Positions 56,702 through 64,000 of a stretch of DNA of 64,000 nucleotides are shown one piece after another. The first letter of the stretch is position 1; each line of letters opens with the position of its first letter. Under the pieces are notes generated by a model, which searched no databases, had not been told where the DNA came from, and was given only the letters and a program-made list of their open reading frames with translations. The stretch is from an uncultured virus (IMG/VR IMGVR_UViG_3300017734_000001) (lineage: Duplodnaviria; Heunggongvirae; Uroviricota; Caudoviricetes; Crassvirales): IMG/VR virus record IMGVR_UViG_3300017734_000001. One strand, written 5' to 3'. Made by a program: the position numbers and the translations under genes.

Positions 56702-59700
56702 ATGCTAGAAAAACTATACAATGTTTTGTATGATAAAAAATTATTCACACAAGACTTTGATAAATTTAAACAAGCTTGGAGTAACGAAGAATATAAGAAA
56801 AAAGTATACGACGTTGTAAACTCTAAGAAACTTTTCACGCAAGATTATGATGTTTTTGTAAACGCATATAGCGAGGGAAAGCAACAGGGCGATGTTGCAA
56901 CGGATGCAGCTGCAGAGCCCGCAGAAGATTTGGCATCCACATCGGCAATTACTTCATCGGACTTATCTTTACCAATACCTCAAAGTGAAGGGCCTGCTGA
57001 TCCTGAAGCATACACTACAGATTTAGGATTAACTTACGGCGATCAAAGAACATCTCAAGAACAAATAGACGACTTTATGAATAATATGTACCAAGCTTTG
57101 TCAGCTACAGGTACATATGAATTTTTAAAAGAAAAAGATTTAGAAGAAAGATACTACTACGCTGGTAAACTTATATCAAACCCTACAGGTTCACCTAAAG
57201 ACATTAAATTATCTTATTACAATTACTTCAAAGACATAAAGATAAAAGGTGTAAAAGATCCTAAAGCTATACTAGAACCTTTGTTTTTAGATAAAGATCA
57301 AATAAAAGAAGATTATTTTAAAATTAAAAACCTTAAAAACGATTTAAATATAAAAGACTTTTATGATCAAGGCGGAACAGAAGATGTGTTAATTAAAAAC
57401 GCTGATGATGCTGTAGATGAATTGATTCACGAAAGTGATTACATGAACAAAGAGTTTTTACCTTACTTTTTTAAAAAATACGAAGAAGATTTTTACAATA
57501 AACAAATAGAAACAATAGAGTCAATGGAAGTAGATTTTATCGGTCAAGATGAACTAGATAAAATCGAAGCTGAAATGGAGAACTATCAACTAGAGATGCT
57601 AAAACAAGAGCTAGCTTCAGATGTTGGTTATAAAGATTTAGTTAGTAAAGTAACGAGTGTTGTTTCAAATGATTTAGGTATAGATATAAAAGCTTTAAAT
57701 AAAACTAAAGTAATACCTAATTGGGCTGAAGGCTCTGATTTTTTAGAAGGTATATACAGGTTTACTAAGCAATGGGCTAGCGGTGAAGCCGGTGAGAAAA
57801 TGGCTAATATATCTAAAGAAAATAAAGGTATAGATAACTTTTTAAAAGCTTACCAAAGCGGAGAATACACGGAGCAAGAATTAGCTGAGATAGCTAAAGA
57901 AAATTTAACAGATGCAGACTTAACGCTTTTATATCCATCTAAGTCTGTAGCACTTAGTAGAGCTCAGTGGATTGGCGCTGATAATTACGAAGAACTGATA
58001 GATAAGGCTAGGGCAGGTATAAAAGATCCTGTCTCTTACTTGAAGAAAAAGAAAAAATTTCTAAATAAGCAGTTTATTAATAGCATGCAAGACAGCGAAG
58101 AGCTTTCTAAAGTGTTATCCATAATGGACAATACTGAGTTTTTTGATGAAGATGGTGTTACTATTGATGATTTTCAAAGAATGGCAGGTGAACAGCTACC
58201 TCAAATGGCTCAAGCTATTCTAACTTTAGGTTACGGTACTTATATGCAGGAAGCTGGTGGTATATACGTAGAGTCAATGTATAAAATAGCGGAGGCTAAA
58301 TATGGACCATTAGCTTTAGGTATGGCTAGTAAAGAACAAAAAGAACAAATGTTCTTAGAGATAATGGAAGCTGGAGAAGATAATCCAGATGCAGCTATTG
58401 AAGGTGGTGTTATAAACGCTGGTTTAGATTTTGGTTCATCAATTTTTGTAGTAACAAAGGCTGGTAAATTTATACCTAAACAAGCCTGGAGATCTTTGCT
58501 TAGAGGTGAGTTTAAAAAAGCCTTAAAAAAAGCTGGAGGTAAAGACTTGCTAGAAGATGCTTTAAAAATATCTATAGCAGAAAGTATTACAGAGGGTTCT
58601 CAAGAGACAGTTTCTATGCTTAAAGTAGGTAAAAGCACAGGTTACTACAATTTTGATCCAAAAAGAATAAAAGAAGGTGCAGCTCAAGGTTTTGCTAGTT
58701 CATTACTGTTTTTTGGTTTAGGTAAGAGTAGATCTGCTTATAATTATTTAACAGATGGCATTGGTTTACAATACTCTAGATTTAAAAATAAAGATCACAT
58801 ATTAAATTTAATTAAACTAGAAAAACAAAAAATAAAACAAGATCTTAAAAATGGCAATATAACAAAACAAGAAGCCATTGATAAAGTTAAGAAAGCCAAC
58901 GCTAAAAGAGATGTTATAGTTGATAACGATGTTTACAATGTTTCTGAAAATAACAGACAACAAGCATTTGACGCTACAGAAGCTGTTGTTGATGAACAAG
59001 TTAAACTTGACACAGCGCTAGACAACCTAAAGCAAGCAAAAAACAACCCTTCTGCTACAGATCAAGATATTGAGTTTAGAGAGGCAGAGGTTAATAATCA
59101 AAAAGAAAGACTTGCAGATGCTAAATTTGAACTTAATAAAGCAAAGCAGAAAGACAATGCTAGTAAAGATATAAGCAGAGCTTCTAATAGAATTAATCAA
59201 ACAAAAGAAGGTGAATTAGCTGATAAACAACTTATTACATTTAGAACTAGAAAAGAAGCAGCTGCATTTGTAAAAAGATACAAAATAAAAGTAGACGCAA
59301 ATATTGAAGGGTTACTAAATGGTGGGGCCTCAGGAGCAGCTTTAGCGCCTGGACAGACTATAAGATACAAAGGTGAAGATATAGTGCCAGCTTTTGTTGT
59401 GAAACAAACAATAAATGAGCAAATCGATAATTCTACTAGACAAAACGATTTTAGTTTACGATCTGCTTTTGCGGCTAGTCACGAGGTTAATCACTTTATA
59501 TTAGATACCGTTGACCCAAAAGTGTTAGATGGTGTTGTATCTAAGTTAAAAAACGACATGCGTAATTCTGGAGACATCGAAACTAATGCGGTTTTAGAGA
59601 TTGTTGAAACCATGATGGTGGAATATGTAAAAAAAGATCCAAAAATATCTAGAGACTATTTAAACCAAGAGTTTTTAGCTGGTTTAGGTGATGTGCTACA

Positions 59701-62700
59701 AACTTTTAAAGCTTTAAAACCTAAATCTCCATTTCAAAGAATGTTTATAGACTTTGGTGAATCTATTTCAAAAATTATAAACGCTAACACAGGATTAAAT
59801 GTAAACTACAACGATGCTAATTCTGTGCTAGGCTTTCTTAAAAATTATAACAAATTTTTAGGTAAAAATGCACCTATAGTAATAAAAAGTGGTACTGATA
59901 TTGATGGCGAGAAAAAGTCTAGAGCTCAAATAAGCTTAGAGCAGCAGAAGAAGCTTTTAGTAGATGAGAATAAGATTTTAGCACCTATGATGCGTACTAA
60001 CGCTTCTGCCGCTAAAAAAATACAGGAAAACGTAGATAAGATAAAAGCTATAAGTGCTCAAATAATAGAAGAAAAAGAGCTAGCAGAAAACTTAAAGTTT
60101 GCTCCTGGTTTATCTAAAAAAGCAAAAGATATTACAAGAAAAAATGAGCTCAATTGGAGTGAGCTTATGGATCCAGCTACTAAAGAATCTGACAAAACAG
60201 CTTTAAAAAATAAAATATACGAAGACAATCAAGGTACTATTATAAACATTATAAGAAAAACATTTAATCCAAATATAGAAAGCAATCTAACAGCTGAAGA
60301 TTACGCACAAGCAATGCAGCTTGAAGCCTTGAAGATGATCGATTCTTACGAAAAGACATATAACAAAAAGAAAGCAGAAGGTACATTAGCACCGTGGAAC
60401 TTTTATTTAAAAGATAACTTACCTAAGAGACAAGGAGCTATACTTAAAAAACTTATAGGTGATAAGTCTATGATGTTTATGGGTGATGCTACAGCTAGTA
60501 TAGGTAGCGCTCAACTTGGTTATACACCTGATTATGGTAATTTTAGTAATGAAGAATACATCGAACAACAAGGTGTAATAGTAGATGAAGTTTTAGCTTT
60601 CACACCAGAAATTAAAGCAGAAATAAGAGAGGCTGCTAAAAAAGTTTTATCAACTTTTAAAGGTGATTCAGGTGTTAATCTTAAAAAACAACTTGGCGAT
60701 GCTCTTGAAGTAATGCTAAAGCCTTATATTCAAACAAATGTATTGGGTAGTAAGGTAAAGAAAAACTACAAAGGGCAAACGTATAGAGAGTTTATGCAGC
60801 AAAACTGGGAAGATATATATTCTATAATAGGTTTTGACGTTATAAATACCAGACTTACATCTAGAACTAAACAAGAGAAAGCGGCTGGCATACCAAATCC
60901 TTTTATATTTAAAATAACTAAAGACGGTAAGCAAGTTAGAGATAGTAGATTAGAAGACCTAACTGGTAAAGGTAGAGGTAAAGCTAAAAAGAGAATAGTT
61001 AATCAAGAAGAGTTTATAAAATTCTTTTTTGGTGAATTAGTAAATCCTTCTACACAAGGTACTAGAAAAGATACTTTAGCAGAAATAATAGCTAGAGAAG
61101 CTGGCTTAGATCAAATAAGCTGGATGCTAGAAAACGATACTGAGTTTTTAGATTTATTTAAACAAAAACAAGACTTGTTAGGTACTCTTATAGATAATGA
61201 TTACATCGAGAGTATACAAAGACAAATTGACAGGTTTGATGGTTCAAGAAGACCAGGGTCAAGAGCACAGTTAGTCATAGACAGCGCTAACTACAACGGT
61301 TTAAGCTCTAGCGCTGCTATGAACGTATTAGAAGACATTAAAAACAACGAGATAATAGATTACAAGTCTCAACCATTAAATCGATTTAGAAATGATGTTT
61401 TAGACATGATAAGAGTTGGTAATGCTTACGCTGCTATAGATTTATACCATACCCCAACAGACGAAGACATTAAGGTTGATGGTAAGTATAAACTTAACAA
61501 TGAAGGCTTACAACTATCAAATGTTAAATCGGATGGTGATGTTAGTGTAAGAGTTAAAATTAGCTCAGCTGGAAACTTATTTGTGCCTAAAGAGTTTTCT
61601 TGGAATGGTGGATTTAGCATAATGAGATCTTTAGATATAGAGTTAAAAGGTTATGATGTTGCTATGTCTAGAATACCAGACGAAGATGGTAGTTATTTTG
61701 CTAAATGGTTAGTTGATAATAACATACTAACAAAAAAGCAAGTAGAAAAAGATGCTAGCGCTAGTGGTATAAGAGAAACTTTAGTGTCTGAAGGTTATAC
61801 TTCAATAACATATCCTAAAGCTGATGGTAGCTTTGGCTATATAATACTAAACAACGAAGCTTTTGACTTGTCTTTTGATAATAAAATAAACAATCAAATA
61901 AAAAGCTTAATGAGTGATTCAGGCTCAAGAGCTCAGTTGGTTGGTATGAAGGGAAAAATGAGTGAGATCATTGAGCAGAAATCAAAAGGTAAAATAAAAG
62001 CCAATGAAGTATTATCTAACGCTGCTGCAAGAAACATGCGTAGAAAAGCTGGACTTAACTTTAGCAATCTATATGTTCCTTATCAACTAGAAGACTTTGT
62101 AGGTTTAACATATGCTTTCACGCCAGAAGGTAAAAAAGGTGAAGCCGCTCAAGAGTTTATAAAAGAAAGAGTGATGAATCCTTATTTTGAAGCTAAAGAG
62201 CAGTATAGAGTTTTTCAGCAAAACTTAAACGCTAACTTTAATAGATTACTTAGTGATGTTGGTATTACAGCTAAAACACTTAAAGAAACAGTAGACATAC
62301 TAGGTAAACCGTTTACTAAAGATCAAATAGTTAGAGCTTATTTGTTTTCTACACAAGGAGCTGATATAGATCCTTCTATATTAAGCCCAAAAGAAATACA
62401 AGCTTCATTAGACTATATAAAGTCAGATGAAAAGCTTTTGATGCTTGCAGCAATGCTACCAACAATACTAGATAACAAAGGCGGTTGGGTACGGTATAGA
62501 GGTGAAATGCACGAAACTTTATCTATTGATATAGTTAAGTTTGCAGAAGGTAAAAGAAAAATATTTTTTGAAAGATTTAAAGACAATATAGATATAATAT
62601 TTGATCCTCAAATAAAAGAAAAGTTAAGAGGTTTGCTAGGTGAAACATACGTTAAAGAACTAGAAAGCTCCCTTAAAAGGATGTACACAGGTAGAAATGA

Positions 62701-64000
62701 AAGCCAAAACGCTAGTCCAATGGTTAACGAGATTATGACTTGGTTTAATGGCTCTGTTAATACTATAATGTTCTTTAACATGAGATCTGCTAGCTTACAG
62801 TTGCTTTCTACAATTAACTTTGTTAACTGGACCGATAACAACCCCATAGCTGCTGGTGCTGCCTTTTCTAATCAAAAGCAGTTTTGGTCTGACGTGTCTA
62901 TGCTTATGAATACAAGTTACATAAAAGACAGGATGGGTAACATGAAGTTTGATGTTGAAGCTGATATTCTTGTTGAAATGGGCAAAACATCAAAAACATA
63001 TAACGATCTTTTAGCTAAACTTTTTAAGCTAGGTTATGCACCTACAAGACTTGCTGACTCGTTTGCTATAACTTTTGGTGGTGCTACTTTTTACAGAAAT
63101 AGATTCAACACTTACAAAAAACAAGGTATGTCAGACGCTAATGCTAATGCTAAAGCTTTGGTAGACTTTGAAAGAACGGCTGAGGTTAGCCAGCAGTCTA
63201 GTGATCCATCTAAAATAGCAAGTGCGCAGATTGGTAGTTACGGTAGATTCCTTTTTGCTTTTGCTAACACTCCATTTCAATATGCTAGATTATCAAAGAA
63301 AGCTGCTTTAGATATAATAAATAACAGAGGTGATTTAAAAACCAATATATCTAAACTAACGTACTACACTTTTGTTCAGTCTATAATATTTTCAGCCTTA
63401 CAAAACGCCGTGTCTTTAAAAGATTTAATTGATTTGGGAGATGAAGAAGATGATAGAATGGACGAAACAACTAGAGGGGCTTTATATTTTGGAGTTAATT
63501 CTTTGATAGATGGTCAATTGAAAAACTTTGGTGCTAGAGTTGGTATTTCATCTATACTAGCAAAAAATGCTTTGTTGCTGCAAATACAAAGAGATCTTTA
63601 CAGAGAGTTTGGTAAAGATGCTATTGGTGGACCTTTTGATTTAGTTAAAGCTGCTAGACCTGAAATTGGTCAAATGGTTCTTTTGGCTAGTTCTGTTTCT
63701 CCGCCAATGTCAACCAAGACTAGAAAATTATTTGCTATAGACAGAATGGATATCTATAATCAAATACGAGAGAAAAAAGAGTTTTACGACTTAACAGATA
63801 CATGGTATGTATATCCACAAGATCCAACGTGGCAAACATACGCTACATATTTAAACGTAGCACTTAATATACCAGCTGATAGATTATTACAAAAATTAGA
63901 AAATATATCTTTCGCTATGTATGATGAGTTTGATTATGCCACAAGATTTGCGTTTTTAGCTGGTTGGAGCAAATGGAACTTACTACCAAAAGATGACTTT
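56702..64000 (+). CDS. Giant multidomain (polyvalent) internal virion protein, 3'-truncated, at least 2433 aa
   Basis: ATG at 56702 (MLEKLYNV...). Every segment translated is open, the last codons are in frame (..WNLLPKDDF), and the track lists no closed ORF in this frame. Contains HEVNH, sigma-2-like and ART-like segments. Confidence 0.85.
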   Translation, partial: MLEKLYNVLYDKKLFTQDFDKFKQAWSNEEYKKKVYDVVNSKKLFTQDYDVFVNAYSEGKQQGDVATDAAAEPAEDLASTSAITSSDLSLPIPQSEGPADPEAYTTDLGLTYGDQRTSQEQIDDFMNNMYQALSATGTYEFLKEKDLEERYYYAGKLISNPTGSPKDIKLSYYNYFKDIKIKGVKDPKAILEPLFLDKDQIKEDYFKIKNLKNDLNIKDFYDQGGTEDVLIKNADDAVDELIHESDYMNKEFLPYFFKKYEEDFYNKQIETIESMEVDFIGQDELDKIEAEMENYQLEMLKQELASDVGYKDLVSKVTSVVSNDLGIDIKALNKTKVIPNWAEGSDFLEGIYRFTKQWASGEAGEKMANISKENKGIDNFLKAYQSGEYTEQELAEIAKENLTDADLTLLYPSKSVALSRAQWIGADNYEELIDKARAGIKDPVSYLKKKKKFLNKQFINSMQDSEELSKVLSIMDNTEFFDEDGVTIDDFQRMAGEQLPQMAQAILTLGYGTYMQEAGGIYVESMYKIAEAKYGPLALGMASKEQKEQMFLEIMEAGEDNPDAAIEGGVINAGLDFGSSIFVVTKAGKFIPKQAWRSLLRGEFKKALKKAGGKDLLEDALKISIAESITEGSQETVSMLKVGKSTGYYNFDPKRIKEGAAQGFASSLLFFGLGKSRSAYNYLTDGIGLQYSRFKNKDHILNLIKLEKQKIKQDLKNGNITKQEAIDKVKKANAKRDVIVDNDVYNVSENNRQQAFDATEAVVDEQVKLDTALDNLKQAKNNPSATDQDIEFREAEVNNQKERLADAKFELNKAKQKDNASKDISRASNRINQTKEGELADKQLITFRTRKEAAAFVKRYKIKVDANIEGLLNGGASGAALAPGQTIRYKGEDIVPAFVVKQTINEQIDNSTRQNDFSLRSAFAASHEVNHFILDTVDPKVLDGVVSKLKNDMRNSGDIETNAVLEIVETMMVEYVKKDPKISRDYLNQEFLAGLGDVLQTFKALKPKSPFQRMFIDFGESISKIINANTGLNVNYNDANSVLGFLKNYNKFLGKNAPIVIKSGTDIDGEKKSRAQISLEQQKKLLVDENKILAPMMRTNASAAKKIQENVDKIKAISAQIIEEKELAENLKFAPGLSKKAKDITRKNELNWSELMDPATKESDKTALKNKIYEDNQGTIINIIRKTFNPNIESNLTAEDYAQAMQLEALKMIDSYEKTYNKKKAEGTLAPWNFYLKDNLPKRQGAILKKLIGDKSMMFMGDATASIGSAQLGYTPDYGNFSNEEYIEQQGVIVDEVLAFTPEIKAEIREAAKKVLSTFKGDSGVNLKKQLGDALEVMLKPYIQTNVLGSKVKKNYKGQTYREFMQQNWEDIYSIIGFDVINTRLTSRTKQEKAAGIPNPFIFKITKDGKQVRDSRLEDLTGKGRGKAKKRIVNQEEFIKFFFGELVNPSTQGTRKDTLAEIIAREAGLDQISWMLENDTEFLDLFKQKQDLLGTLIDNDYIESIQRQIDRFDGSRRPGSRAQLVIDSANYNGLSSSAAMNVLEDIKNNEIIDYKSQPLNRFRNDVLDMIRVGNAYAAIDLYHTPTDEDIKVDGKYKLNNEGLQLSNVKSDGDVSVRVKISSAGNLFVPKEFSWNGGFSIMRSLDIELKGYDVAMSRIPDEDGSYFAKWLVDNNILTKKQVEKDASASGIRETLVSEGYTSITYPKADGSFGYIILNNEAFDLSFDNKINNQIKSLMSDSGSRAQLVGMKGKMSEIIEQKSKGKIKANEVLSNAAARNMRRKAGLNFSNLYVPYQLEDFVGLTYAFTPEGKKGEAAQEFIKERVMNPYFEAKEQYRVFQQNLNANFNRLLSDVGITAKTLKETVDILGKPFTKDQIVRAYLFSTQGADIDPSILSPKEIQASLDYIKSDEKLLMLAAMLPTILDNKGGWVRYRGEMHETLSIDIVKFAEGKRKIFFERFKDNIDIIFDPQIKEKLRGLLGETYVKELESSLKRMYTGRNESQNASPMVNEIMTWFNGSVNTIMFFNMRSASLQLLSTINFVNWTDNNPIAAGAAFSNQKQFWSDVSMLMNTSYIKDRMGNMKFDVEADILVEMGKTSKTYNDLLAKLFKLGYAPTRLADSFAITFGGATFYRNRFNTYKKQGMSDANANAKALVDFERTAEVSQQSSDPSKIASAQIGSYGRFLFAFANTPFQYARLSKKAALDIINNRGDLKTNISKLTYYTFVQSIIFSALQNAVSLKDLIDLGDEEDDRMDETTRGALYFGVNSLIDGQLKNFGARVGISSILAKNALLLQIQRDLYREFGKDAIGGPFDLVKAARPEIGQMVLLASSVSPPMSTKTRKLFAIDRMDIYNQIREKKEFYDLTDTWYVYPQDPTWQTYATYLNVALNIPADRLLQKLENISFAMYDEFDYATRFAFLAGWSKWNLLPKDDF

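Noticed and set aside
1065..62847. Antisense or nested ORFs in the track (e.g. 3972-4475, 23975-24553, 37350-37982, 58817-58999)
   Set aside because: They overlap well-supported genes, have shadow-like composition and show no motifs.
56702..64000. Virion RNA polymerase as in crAss-like phages
   Set aside because: No convincing DxDxD catalytic motif in the segments translated (nearest TDIDGE at about 59894). Not every codon was translated and the 3' end is outside the window.

Overview
The window is most of a lytic tailed-phage genome, AT-rich and probably podovirus-like. A marine Flavobacteriia/Bacteroidota host is inferred from the A-rich leaders without Shine-Dalgarno sites and the VGIGT-repeat fibres. 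Layout: the end of a + strand envelope/lysis operon (1-3505); a convergent terminator; a - strand arm (3535-22511) for nucleotide metabolism, replication, recombination, a sigma factor and many small early genes; a divergent intergenic region; and a + strand morphogenesis arm (GroEL/GroES, fibres, terminase, portal, capsid, tail, internal proteins). That arm ends in an ORF of at least 2433 aa that is missing from the ORF track because it runs off the window. Main observations: (1) the giant protein carries a zincin protease motif, a sigma-70 region-2-like segment and an ADP-ribosyltransferase-like segment separated by repeated SRAQ motifs, suggesting an injected self-processing polyprotein; (2) there are two promoter-like motif classes, 7 early copies and 5 middle/late copies with fixed spacing, neither matching the host consensus; (3) a 123-nt tmRNA-like RNA has an alanine G3:U70 acceptor stem but no tag-coding domain; (4) the thymidylate-synthase-family gene has T4 gp42 (dCMP hydroxymethylase) signatures; (5) two matching TGTGACA inverted repeats occur, one covering a start codon; (6) an in-frame TAA splits the portal gene. 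All assignments come from reading the sequence by eye; no searches were run.
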